A DNA stretch of 63,379 bases, filler included, from Craspedostauros australis (GCA_030167865.1; 8 parts of 8 records of this genome joined end to end with filler, not necessarily neighbours in it), one strand, 5' to 3'. Counted from the whole stretch's first letter, positions 11,761 to 22,335 are shown. Made by a program: numbers and translations. The notes: generated by a model not told the origin, from the letters alone.

Positions 11761-12589
11761 TCACCCACCGCCGCCACCGAAGCGCATTTTGCGCCGGCCA
11801 GAGAATGGTACGCAGCAAATGAAGAGCGCGATGGCAGAGAAGACAACACCGACGTACATCTTCAGGATGAATTGGGCGTAGGACCCATTCGTGGTGGTCT
11901 TCAACATCTTCTTTTGTGCCAGCAGCTGCTTCTGTTCGGAAATCTGCGTCGCTGGTTTCTTCTTGAGCCCCTTGGTATCGAAGAGGCCGTGCAAGTCGTC
12001 GCGTCGGACGTACGAGCCGAGATCGACCTCCTCGTGTTTGTTACCATCATGAGAGATGGTCATGATGGCCCTGCGACCTGCAAAGCCCCGCGAAACAACA
12101 ATATATTTCACCAACATGGACAAGCACAACGTGAGAACGCCAACGAAAGCAATGTGGCGAGATGAATGGAAAGAGCCTAATCATCGTTTGTGTGTATGCG
12201 ATCACAGGGAACCAGAGGCAGGCAAGAAGGCGATGGTGGTAGAACCAATGGATCAACGGATTAATCAATCAATAAATCAATCAGACCAAATCTCAGGCCT
12301 GAACCAACGCACCTGGAATGTATTGCACCGTCACCCCCTCATATTCTTCGGCCTCTCCGCCTTTCAAGAATTGCTTGAGCTCAGGGTTTTTGTTCAGGGT
12401 TCACCCACCGCAGCTGACGATGTGGGCGGTCACCTGGGGAGATTCGTTCGCCGCAACGGCGATTGAAGGGAACCCTGAGTTCCATGACGCCGTGTTCACG
12501 CTGAGCATTGCGAGGATCGCAAGCACCGTCCGGAGACGAACCATCAAGCCGACGATACCTCCTCCGCGAGGCGTCGTTCCTTTCATCAT
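11761..12589 (-). CDS. SELENOM: SelM/SelF(Sep15)-like selenoprotein with signal peptide and C-terminal TM helix; exons 12589-12313 and 12077-11761; Sec at TGA 12401-12403; may extend through further UGAs to TAG 11602-11604
   Basis: Hydrophobic leader, then AHIVSCGG(TGA)TLNKNPELKQFL...VQYIP|GRRAIMTI...EEVDL...LHGLFDTKGLKKK. SelM/Sep15 similarity continues in frame past the TGA, giving the CxxU motif. GT-AG intron at 12312-12078. Confidence 0.88.
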
Positions 12590-13337
12590 CGTTCCTGACT
12601 TGTTTCGCTCACTCTCTCGTTTTGTGCGTTTTTTCGTTTTTGTGTGCGAATGGCTTCCGTTTTTTGGGTTCCCAAGTTTTGCGTTCGCCAACCGTTTTGT
12701 GCATTGTTCGTTCCTTGTTTCTCGATTTGTTCGTGTTTCTTTGTTCCTTCTTGGCCGATCGTACTAGTCGACTGGTATCATTTACTGATATATATATTAT
12801 TACCGCATACCACCGGGTGTCGCAGAATCAGCGTTGGGTGTGTCTTTGGGATTCTGCGTTGATGGAAACAGATGTGCACTTGGCAGCGCTCTCCGTCTCC
12901 CTCCCCTCCTCTTCATCTCCGTCATGGTGGGTGGCTGCACCAAAACATCGCCTCCATTGGTCATAGAATAATACTTGCGAGCTGTGGTGATAGTTGTGTG
13001 GCACGAGTGGATTACCTGTTCATCATCTCTGAAAGCGGTCACTTCCAACGGACCATTCACGTCGTTGTCAATTTCATCCACAAGCAACATCCTCGTCTGG
13101 TGTTGGCGCAACATCAAAAAGTGAGTCTTGACCTCCTCCCGAGGCGGGATGTTCAACCAGTACGACTGCGACTATGAGACAAATCCAAACAGAGAGAATT
13201 CTATTATCTTTCAGCCACCTCTGTCAGGGATCACACATGAAAAGCGAAGCACGTGTACTCGTGGTTTGCTCCTCAGTGACAAGATTGCACCACCATTCTG
13301 GAGGAGGATGCCGTCGCCGCTCTGCACTCGACAGCAT

Positions 13338-15293
13338 TCAACATGCGTCCGCCCCATAGACAACTTCCTTCCCGGCCGTGCCTCCGAATCGATTGTACCG
13401 AATGCTGTTCTCCCGCTGAATGGCCAGTACTACGAGGAACATGGATGCTGAGATCATTGCGGCGATAGCGTAGATGGTGTTGACCATGGAATCATGGATT
13501 GTATACGATGGATCGGAGCTGTCGATGGCACTCCAAAACTCGTTGGAGTACTTGATGGGCATCATCATCTTTGTCAGAACGATGCAAGCCAAACAGTAGC
13601 AGATGAGCAGCGCGGATATCACGTTGGTTGGGATGTTGCTGGCTGTATGGTCGTCAGTGCTGCCACTGCCACTGCCACCGTTGTTCGTTGATAATGATGG
13701 CGCGGAGGTTGGCGTGACGTCTGCTGATGGCATGCAATGACATCGTCCGTAGAACTTGCTGAATCTGCGATTGATGACCACGACGGTGCGCAGGAAGGTC
13801 CGCAGCTGGGTGACACCCAGCACTATTGTGAGGCCGAGCGACAAGCTCTGACTCAAGGTGCTGAAGTCCTTGATGGAGACCAAGTGATGCCCTGTGAACC
13901 ACAGAAGGACCTTCGTGACGATGTCATCGCTGTGCTCCCTCCATTCCTTTGGATTTGCAGTGTGCTGATACCACATGCTCACACCGGCAGAATACAACCG
14001 GAACAGCAGGATGATGGAGAAGGCGATGCCAATCCAGGACTTGACTCTCCCCGTTGACGTCCGGGCGGCGCTGGCCGATCGGTACACCTCCTTCATCTCC
14101 TCGATATCTTCTGCCATCTCGCCGCACAGCGTTTCCAAGAAATCGATCTCTTTCCGTTTGGCGTGCTTGTGCTGATAGATGTCATCTCCCATGTCCGCAA
14201 AGCCGCGGAGACTTGGGGACTTGGAGAACGACGCTGCGAAACCGTTCTTCATGTTCAAGAGCGATTTCTGTCGCATCATGGACGGCTCGTTGAGCTCGTG
14301 ACGTTTGGACTGCAGCACCATGCGGATGCTTTGCAATTCTGACTCTGCTCGGTTGATCATTTCCAATCGAACCGGCCTGAGGAACAGTCCCGTCAGGCAT
14401 GTGAACGGCATCGAGACGCTGCCGAATCCATTGAGGACGGCCGAAATGCAGATGCCGATGGTTGCCATCCATGAGACGATGCTTGCAAGGGTTACGTCTG
14501 CGTACGAGAAGATAATCAAATGATCGGATCCACCATGGTGATCCTTGGTCCCGATCTGGATGAACATGGGAGAGACTGTCTTCATGGCAACGATGCAAAG
14601 GCCCGATGCCAGCATCCCCGGCACCAAGGCGATGACTCGATTGGCACAGCGCGTCAACTGACGTGAGATGCTGTGGCGATTTATCCTCGGCACACAACGC
14701 TGGAACAAAAGGCGGAGGCGTGATGCACGACCTGCTCCCCTCTGTGTGGACAACGGTCCCACTGTCGACGTCGGTGTCGATTTTGATGCGGACGATGACG
14801 GCAGGTCACTCCGTGTCATGACGAGGACTGGTTCTGACGGGCTCTTGCGATTCCGACAGAAGCACAGGAGACGCGATATCATTTGATAGCATCTGGAAAG
14901 GATGAGGTAGACGATCCTGTAGACCGTGAAGCATCGCAGCGGCATGAGCTTGATGATGACGCTGGCCAGTTGGTTGGATCTGGATATGATCCATCTCACT
15001 GCCTGATATCCCGTGAATCCCGGAACAAGAATGAAGACGAAGAGGCCGCAACTCCAGAGCAGGATCCAGTATGCGCCTGCGACCGACAGCGTGGTTGGGA
15101 ATATCGTCCACCCCATCCATGCCATGTTCCATATTCGTATCGATAGCGGCGTTGCCAGTGTTGTTGTTGCTGTTGTCGATGATGATGATGATGATGATGG
15201 CACTGGAATTGTCTTGGTGAGGAGCATGAGCCATGTTGATGGAACTGCGTCAAGGATGCTGAGACTGAGCAATCCCAATGAAAGAGCGAAGGC
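13338..15293 (-). CDS. GPR89: Golgi pH regulator / GPR89 / GTG (ABA-GPCR) family membrane protein, 5'-truncated at contig end
   Basis: Multiple TM segments; IGICISAVLNGFGSVSMPF matches the GPHR motif; coiled region KRKEIDFLETL; C-terminal TM bundle. Confidence 0.8.
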   Translation of the reverse strand, partial: AFALSLGLLSLSILDAVPSTWLMLLTKTIPVPSSSSSSSTTATTTLATPLSIRIWNMAWMGWTIFPTTLSVAGAYWILLWSCGLFVFILVPGFTGYQAVRWIISRSNQLASVIIKLMPLRCFTVYRIVYLILSRCYQMISRLLCFCRNRKSPSEPVLVMTRSDLPSSSASKSTPTSTVGPLSTQRGAGRASRLRLLFQRCVPRINRHSISRQLTRCANRVIALVPGMLASGLCIVAMKTVSPMFIQIGTKDHHGGSDHLIIFSYADVTLASIVSWMATIGICISAVLNGFGSVSMPFTCLTGLFLRPVRLEMINRAESELQSIRMVLQSKRHELNEPSMMRQKSLLNMKNGFAASFSKSPSLRGFADMGDDIYQHKHAKRKEIDFLETLCGEMAEDIEEMKEVYRSASAARTSTGRVKSWIGIAFSIILLFRLYSAGVSMWYQHTANPKEWREHSDDIVTKVLLWFTGHHLVSIKDFSTLSQSLSLGLTIVLGVTQLRTFLRTVVVINRRFSKFYGRCHCMPSADVTPTSAPSLSTNNGGSGSGSTDDHTASNIPTNVISALLICYCLACIVLTKMMMPIKYSNEFWSAIDSSDPSYTIHDSMVNTIYAIAAMISASMFLVVLAIQRENSIRYNRFGGTAGKEVVYGADAC

Positions 15294-15393
15294 NNNNNNN
15301 NNNNNNNNNNNNNNNNNNNNNNNNNNNNNNNNNNNNNTTAATTAATTAANNNNNNNNNNNNNNNNNNNNNNNNNNNNNNNNNNNNNNNNNNNN
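15294..15393. other. Artificial contig linker (N run + TTAATTAATTAA + N run); also at 25065-25164, 27799-27898, 29783-29882, 31420-31519, 47773-47872 and 62179-62278
   Basis: Identical 100-bp spacers containing stop codons in all six frames. Confidence 0.97.
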
Positions 15394-15838
15394 CGACAAC
15401 GGCGAGTACGTGGACGTCGAAACCGAGGAAGAAATGGATTTCCTGCTCGACGAGGGATTCGGTGGAGTCATCATCGAAGGCATCAACCTGATGGAGCGCG
15501 AAAGCTCATCCCCCAAGCGAAAGAAAGCGAGGCTGGAAGACGAAAGTTTCAAAACATTCGGAATTGAGTACGGCAAGTCAGCGGCGTCATCACGATACAC
15601 CATCCCGGAATCAGAAACAGAAGCGGAAGAAAAGGACGACATTGAGACGGAACTGGAAGAAGCAATGAGGATGGCACAAGAAGTTCAGGAGCTGGAAGCA
15701 CATCGAGTGAGAGTGAGAGAACAATCCAACCAAATCACAAGTCAAGAAGCAATCATAGCGGCACTACGCGCAAGGCTAGAAGCGTCTGGGGCCGAGCCAC
15801 CCACCTCAAGCAAGGGTGGGGGCGAGGACCAAGAATAA
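15394..15838 (+). CDS. C-terminal part of retrotransposon ORF1 (acidic, coiled-coil)
   Basis: Open from the contig start and stops just before the APE-containing ORF2. Confidence 0.55.
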
Positions 15839-15863
15839 CGGAAGGCTGGGGGCAGGCGAAGCA

Positions 15864-17138
15864 ATGACGACCACCCCCGCAAGCCCAACAGATGCAACTC
15901 AGGAGGAAGCGCGCCAGGAAGGGCAGGACCTCCACGACCGACACTGGGGAGATTCCACGAGCAACAAAAGCAGCACCTTATTACGCATAGCGGCTTTGAA
16001 CGTGGGATGCCTACAGGTTGAGTCCAAACACTGGAAGAACGATGACCTCTGGCAATGGCTAAAACAACTGCAAATCGACGTTGCTCTACTATCAGAGATA
16101 GGGATCAACTGGTCAAAGCTGGGCAAGATCAATTCATGGAAGGCGAGGTCAAGGAAGCATGTGAAAGCCGAAAGGCACTCTCTGGCGTACAACGAAAGAG
16201 AACGCATGGGTAGCCCGAAACAATGGGGCGGCACAGCATGCACAATGACAGGAAACATCACGGGGAGGTACAAGAGCACGAGCAACGACCCAAAAAGACT
16301 GGGCAGGTGGACAAGCATGGCAATTCGAGGCCGACAAGACACTACCATTCGATTCGTGAGCGTGTACGTCCCAAGCAAAGGGGGCAAAGCTCTGGTACAG
16401 TGTATCACCAACAAGCATCCTGGCTTGAGTCTCAGGGCATTAATACACCGCCCATAGAGCAGCTGATCCGGGATCTGGAAGCGGCGATACAGGAGTGGAA
16501 AGCTGCAGGCGAAACCGTCATCGTCGGGAGGGGGGGGGGACATCAACATGCCAGTGGCAAGATCGCAAATGGCGACCATGATGGCCAGGCAAGGCATGAA
16601 GGAGTCAACAACCAGCCGGCACCAAGCAGCGCCGACAATCTCCACGAACGTACGTGCAGCCTCCAACCGAATCATCGACGGCATCTGGACGCCGGCGTCC
16701 TTGCAAGTTGTCAGATCCGGATACAGCAGCTTCGGGCAATGGGACCACCGGACGGCATGGATAGAAGTGTCGCAGGCGTCAGTCTTTGGCGAGGCAAGCA
16801 CTCCAACCCGAAAATTCGACGGTCGCAGAGTCCAACTCAACAAGCCAAACACAGTGCGAAAGTATCAACAGGAAGTAATGAAGCAATACAGCAGGTACCG
16901 ACTGAAGGAAAGAGTGGAGGAGCTACAAGGGGAAATCCGCAGCGAGGTGCAGCTCCGAGACGACCAAAAAATCAAGAATAGAGGCCATCGACCAAGACAG
17001 AACGAGAGCAATGCTATCCGCAGAGAAGGGAGCACGAACGATATACACCGGGAAAGTACCATACTCGCCAGAAATCAAAAAGAGAGCGCTCGAAAAGCAG
17101 TTCTGGAACCTGGCATGGAAACGCCGCAACGGGAAGAA
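15864..17138 (+). pseudogene. Frameshifted AP-endonuclease region of ORF2
   Basis: APE motifs are spread over several frames, with shifts near G-runs at ~16380 and ~16530 and another near 16980. Confidence 0.75.
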
Positions 17139-17848
17139 TGATAATCAGCAATTCAATACAAGTCAAGGGCACCAAACACTGCACTTACTACGCCGCCTGG
17201 GTGATCAATCCGATAGGTGAAGTTGGAGATGTTTGGTGTTTGTTGTNNNNNNNNNNNNNNNNNNNNNNNNNNNNNNNNNNNNNNNNNNNNNNNNNNNNNN
17301 NNNNNNNNNNNNNNNNNNNNNNNNNNNNNNNNNNNNNNNNNNNNNNNNNNNNNNNNNNNNNNNNNNNNNNNNNNNNNNNNNNNNCTAAAACATTGCCCAA
17401 GATGGCATGTTGATTTACACGATATCCCGTGTTATTCTCGCCCTTGGGTCTTTCTTCATCTCTCCTGGTCTTGCCTAATCTTGATCTCTGTTTGATCATA
17501 TATGGATTGATCCATCTACGTTGACGAGGTGCATGCATCACCTCTGACGATGTTGTTCTGGATCCTAAATGTTGTTGCCACGTGCCCAATGATGCACTCG
17601 GCTTTGCTAGACAAGTCAGCATACCATGACTAAAATATAATCTCGATTCCGAGGATCACAATGACCGATCCTCTGACGTCATACGATGATGTCAGTGCCT
17701 ACGTCAGGTTCGATGACTGTAGTGACTGAATCTCAATCGTGTATCAAGACTCACTCGACTATACTTCTCAAATCGAGTCGAATCAAAAATAGTGAATCAC
17801 GTTTCAGTCATGGGAGATGGGTACCTAATTTCGATCTAGATGTTGATA
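17139..17848. mobile_element. LTR-like insertion (solo LTR or collapsed LTR element) nested in ORF2, with 5-bp TSD AAGAA
   Basis: AAGAA at 17134-17138 and 17849-17853. Removing the insert and one TSD copy restores WKRRNGKKVSSRWYERAKKQA in frame. Internal N gap at 17247-17384. Confidence 0.8.
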
Positions 17849-18030
17849 AAGAAAGTGAGTTCGAGGTGGTACGAAAGAGCCAAGAAACAAGCGAACATCA
17901 CAGTCCGAACAGCCACCCTGAATGGAGACGAACTGGAGGACCGACGGAAACGAGCGCACGCAAGATGGAAGCAGGCTAAAAGAACGCGTGGTCACATCGA
18001 AGCACCTTCCTACAAGCCAGAGCCGACGAA

Positions 18031-21000
18031 GTGGCAAAGGTAGGGAACACCACAGCGGAAGCGGCCCTGCGATCCATCCAAAAACGAGAGGAAGTCATGG
18101 AAACATACAAGGCCATCCGAAGCGTGCCGGGAGACCACGACACCAACAGCAAAGTCACAATGGTCATAGCACGAAATCCAAGCGGCGAAGAGGAAGTCTA
18201 CGACAAGGAACAAACGGTAATATCGCAGTGCATGCGGGCGAACGAGTCCAAATATCGACAGGCGTACATCACCCCGCTCCAAGGACAGTCCTTCATCAGA
18301 GACATCCGGCGACACGGTATCCACTCCACCCGGCAAAGACAGCTCCATAAGCTCGACCAGCACACCAACAGATTCCTCGCGGAGCTATGCAAACAAGGCA
18401 CGGTTCCATGGACAGCCCAAGATCTAAAGATCACGACCATCAGCCATCAGCAACTGTGGTCCAAGGCGCGGGAGAAGACCACATCGGGGCCGTCAGGTCT
18501 CCACTTTGGGCTGTGGAAAGCCAACGCGCAGAGCGACGCGGTAGCGGATGTCGATGCAGCCATGCGGGAGATATCACTACGCACAGGGTACAATCTGAGG
18601 AGGTGGCTGACATGCACCGACGTAACGCTACTCAAAGAGCCGGGCAACTTCCGAGTGTCACGCTTTCGGACCATCAGCCTGGTCGAAGGTGACTTCAACG
18701 CGAACCTCAAATGGATAGGAAAAATCATGATGAAACACGCCGAGGCACACAACATGCTGCCTGAGGAGCAATACGGCAGTCGCAAGCATCGAAGCGCGGC
18801 GGAGGTCAGCCTGAACAACCGACTGACGGACGATATCATTCGAGCAACGGCTGCTACTAGCTGCATATGCTCCAACGACGCCAAGAGCTGTTATGACAGA
18901 ATGGCCCACGTTCCTCTCGAGCTCAGCATGGAGCACATTGGAGTGCCAACGGTGGTCAGTCGCAGTGTGACGGAAGCAGTTCAATCAATGAAACATCACG
19001 TGCTCACAGGCTTTGGCAAGTCGGTGCGCACGTACCCGCACAGAGGGTCCAAACTGCAAGGACTACTACAAGGTCTGGGTATCTCGCCAGCGGGATGGGT
19101 TGCAATGAGCTCGCCGATCATGAAATCCATGTCTTCGCAAGGGTTTGGATTCCACTCGGTGAGTCCCACAGCGGAAGTATCAGCGAAGCTGGTGTGCTTT
19201 TCGTTCGTGGATGATACGGACCTGATTCATTCCGTCAGAGCGGATGTCAGCGACCCAGAGGCATGCATTGAAGAGATTCAACGAGTTGTGGATTCATGGG
19301 AAGGAATGCTACGAGCTACTGGAGGTGCCCTCGAGCCACGCAAAAGCTACTGGTATCTCATGTCTTTTCGATGGGATGGAACCAAGTGGCAGTACAAGAC
19401 CATTGAAGAGCAGCCAGGAAGCATCAGCATCCGAAAACCAGACGAGCAAGACAAAGAAACGCTGCTGCGGCTACACGTGGACCAAGCAAGGAAGGCACTG
19501 GGTGTGATGGTGAGGCATGACGGAGTACAAGATGATAACGAGGCATACTACACCAAGAAAGCAGAGATCTGGGCAGATAAGATGCGGCGAGGACGCCTGC
19601 TACGAACTCACGCATGGATCGCAATGAAGTCCACCATCTGGAAAGCGTTGGAGCATCCGCTCACGAGCTCTACCTTCACAAAGGAGGCCACCGAACGCAT
19701 CATGCGGCCCGTACTACAAACGGCACTACCGGCGGCTGGGGTGCAGCGCAACATATCACGGCAACTGGTCTTCGGTCCAAGTGCGCGCCTGGGCTTCGAG
19801 GTCCACCATCTGTTCTACACCCAGATCGCAAAGCATCTCGAGGTGCTGGCGAAGCACTGGCAGAGAGACACGCTGATGGGCAAGTTGCTGCAGACATCAG
19901 TGGAGCTGCTGACACTGCAGGTTGGTGTTCCAGACGTTTTCCAACGGGACCCCGGCCAATGGGGTCACCTGGCGGACATCTCGTGGATCAAGACATTGTG
20001 GCAAGAGACCAGCGAGGTGGGTATCACAGTGCAGTGGGAGACCGGGATACTGCACGCCCCTCGACAACAGGATGCGCCAATCATGGAGCGCGTCCGAGCC
20101 CTCGGCCTCGGCCAGTCACAAGAGAAAGTCATCAACACATGCCGAATTGCAAAACAGGTATTCTGGCTCTCGGACATTGTATCTGCCGACGGCACCAAGC
20201 TTCTGAACACAGCGGACAAACAAGGCAAAGATCCACTGAGATCGTCTTGCCTCCGATGGCCACCAGTGGGAGAGATAGGACCGGCAGGATGGAGACAATG
20301 GAGCCTGGCCATCCGGCAGGTAGGCCAAGTCTCGCGGTCGACAACAGTACGACTCGAACGACCACTCGGGCAATGGCATAGATTCAGCTCCCAGCAGCCC
20401 CAAGTGTTCTGGGACCCGGACAGCGATCGCATTCAAGACTTGACGCACGCAGAAAAGCATTACAAAAGAATCCCGCGCAGACGGCGAGGACGAGCACACG
20501 AGCCTGCCGACGGCGCCATACCGCGGCCAAGGCACATCGTCGATGGATATCGGGAGGGCACGCGCATACATATCGAAAGCACCAACGAAGGGCAACCAGA
20601 ACCAGTATGGAACACGGCCACAGTGGAACAGGCGTTGAGAGCTATGGCTCCGGAGATGGCGTGGGCAGTGAGAGAGCACACACTGGAAGGCCAATGGGCG
20701 ACGATAGCTCAGGCTGTGCGACACGGACGGGCGAAGGCGTGCAGCGATGGTTCGGTAGCCCATGGTAAAGGAGCGTCTGGTGCAATGATTCTGGCCTCGC
20801 ACGGAGACGCCTCGGCTCGGCTGCTGATTGCCAACCTTGCTCCAGCTACAGATGGAGTCATGCAGTCTCATCAAGCGGAACTTGCCGGCATCTACGGAGT
20901 CTTGGCGGTGCTGACAGCAGTCTGCAACGTCCACTCAGTCCAGCAAGGATGCATGGAGATAGGATGCGACAACACGGGAGCTCTCAAGGCGCTCGATCTG

Positions 21001-22335
21001 GAATGGCATCTCTCCCCAACCTCTACCGACGCCGACCTACAAAGAGCAGTTCGAAACCTTAGCAGAGATCTCCCCATCGAAGTCCGCGGGAAACACGTCA
21101 AGGGACATCAAGACGATGGTACGGTGTGGGTGGACTTAAGCGAGTGGGCGCGCATGAATGTCGTCGCCGATAAGCTCGCCGGAGCAGCCAGAGTCTCCAT
21201 CCCAGATGGCGAAATACACGAAGGGCACATCGCAGGCGAGAGGGTGCCATTCGTCACGGATCGAAAGATAACACGTATCGGATACTCTGCAGTCGCCCAG
21301 GGCCAAACTCTCCAAGGCGCTGCTGCAGTGCTGAAGTCCAGGAAAGTGATTGCACAAGAGCAGCCAGCGGCATGGCAAGAAATTGGTGACGCGCTGACAG
21401 AGCTCGACCATAACCGGCACCTGTTAACCATCAAGCTTCTGACCGGGGAGGCTCCAGTTGGCAAACGCATGAAACAGTGGGGACTGCGCGACTCAGATCA
21501 GTGCCCCAGCTGTGGGCAAAGGGAGGACGCGGAACACTTCTGGATGTGCACAGGAGCCGACAGGACGGCAGTGGCACAGCGACAACTGATCGACATACGA
21601 CGGTGGATGAAGTCGTACCCGACGAAACCCGACATAGCAACAGGGGTAACCTCCATTTTGCGTAGCCAGTTGGAAGGCACTGTGCATCTACATTCGACCA
21701 GCCCGGGAAGCCAGATGCGAGAGGCGGCAAGTCAGCAGGCCGCAATTGGCACCAACGCTCTTCGCAAAGGCCTCCTCGCAAAGCACTGGCAACCCATGCA
21801 AGGTGAGTATCTTCAACAGCGGAAATCGAGAAAGTCAGCCGCAAAGTGGTCCAAGCAGCTAATCCGGAGAATATGGAAAATCGCCTGGGAACAGTGGGCG
21901 GCGCGAAATACGGCCATGTTTGAAGGTCAGGACTCGGCCGAAGCTGAAATGGTTCAAGCCCTCCGAAACAGGGCGAACGCACTTCATCTTCGCCTCGAGC
22001 AAGACAGTACCGACCACCACCGCATCACCCAAACGAAGCCCGCCGACGACGCCGCTGTAGGACAGGTCGCGGTATGGGTCGAGCAAGCAGCACGCATACT
22101 ACATGAGCCGGCCGCCTCCGGCGCCCTGCTCAACTGGCTAATGTGTAGACGGCAAGCTCACCCAGCCCCGACTGAGTCCGCGATGCACGCGTTTCGGGAC
22201 AACGGGCCACCATTACATGAGACACATACATATACAAAACGCAGATTCCGTGCTCCCTTCGTGCCGCGCACGAAGTTGAAAGAAGGCGGAGAAAAGCGCC
22301 ACCGGCGCAGCCTCATAAGAGGGTCTAATCTCTGA
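18031..22335 (+). CDS. Uninterrupted RT + RNase H + zinc-knuckle part of ORF2 (1434 aa)
   Basis: RT and RNase H catalytic motifs are intact as listed for the element. Confidence 0.92.
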   Translation: MAKVGNTTAEAALRSIQKREEVMETYKAIRSVPGDHDTNSKVTMVIARNPSGEEEVYDKEQTVISQCMRANESKYRQAYITPLQGQSFIRDIRRHGIHSTRQRQLHKLDQHTNRFLAELCKQGTVPWTAQDLKITTISHQQLWSKAREKTTSGPSGLHFGLWKANAQSDAVADVDAAMREISLRTGYNLRRWLTCTDVTLLKEPGNFRVSRFRTISLVEGDFNANLKWIGKIMMKHAEAHNMLPEEQYGSRKHRSAAEVSLNNRLTDDIIRATAATSCICSNDAKSCYDRMAHVPLELSMEHIGVPTVVSRSVTEAVQSMKHHVLTGFGKSVRTYPHRGSKLQGLLQGLGISPAGWVAMSSPIMKSMSSQGFGFHSVSPTAEVSAKLVCFSFVDDTDLIHSVRADVSDPEACIEEIQRVVDSWEGMLRATGGALEPRKSYWYLMSFRWDGTKWQYKTIEEQPGSISIRKPDEQDKETLLRLHVDQARKALGVMVRHDGVQDDNEAYYTKKAEIWADKMRRGRLLRTHAWIAMKSTIWKALEHPLTSSTFTKEATERIMRPVLQTALPAAGVQRNISRQLVFGPSARLGFEVHHLFYTQIAKHLEVLAKHWQRDTLMGKLLQTSVELLTLQVGVPDVFQRDPGQWGHLADISWIKTLWQETSEVGITVQWETGILHAPRQQDAPIMERVRALGLGQSQEKVINTCRIAKQVFWLSDIVSADGTKLLNTADKQGKDPLRSSCLRWPPVGEIGPAGWRQWSLAIRQVGQVSRSTTVRLERPLGQWHRFSSQQPQVFWDPDSDRIQDLTHAEKHYKRIPRRRRGRAHEPADGAIPRPRHIVDGYREGTRIHIESTNEGQPEPVWNTATVEQALRAMAPEMAWAVREHTLEGQWATIAQAVRHGRAKACSDGSVAHGKGASGAMILASHGDASARLLIANLAPATDGVMQSHQAELAGIYGVLAVLTAVCNVHSVQQGCMEIGCDNTGALKALDLEWHLSPTSTDADLQRAVRNLSRDLPIEVRGKHVKGHQDDGTVWVDLSEWARMNVVADKLAGAARVSIPDGEIHEGHIAGERVPFVTDRKITRIGYSAVAQGQTLQGAAAVLKSRKVIAQEQPAAWQEIGDALTELDHNRHLLTIKLLTGEAPVGKRMKQWGLRDSDQCPSCGQREDAEHFWMCTGADRTAVAQRQLIDIRRWMKSYPTKPDIATGVTSILRSQLEGTVHLHSTSPGSQMREAASQQAAIGTNALRKGLLAKHWQPMQGEYLQQRKSRKSAAKWSKQLIRRIWKIAWEQWAARNTAMFEGQDSAEAEMVQALRNRANALHLRLEQDSTDHHRITQTKPADDAAVGQVAVWVEQAARILHEPAASGALLNWLMCRRQAHPAPTESAMHAFRDNGPPLHETHTYTKRRFRAPFVPRTKLKEGGEKRHRRSLIRGSNL

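Larger units (their letters stand above)
15394..22335 (+). mobile_element. Ambal-like non-LTR retrotransposon (ORF1 tail; ORF2 = APE + RT + RNase H + Cys/His knuckle), degenerate in its 5' part
   Basis: APE: RIAALNV, DVALLSEIGINW, DPKRLGRW, FVSVYVP, GDIN, IDGIW, WDHR. RT: SGPSGLHFG, EQYGSRK, SNDAKSCYDR, LQGLGISP, FVDDTD. RNase H: SDGS, AELAG, GCDN, HVKGHQD, NVVADKLA. Knuckle: CPSC...HFWMC. APE-RT-RNH is the architecture of the diatom Ambal clade. Confidence 0.85.

Noticed and set aside
15338..15349. Recurring TTAATTAATTAA motif as a biological repeat
   Set aside because: Always centred in identical 100-bp N spacers; it is an assembly linker with six-frame stops.
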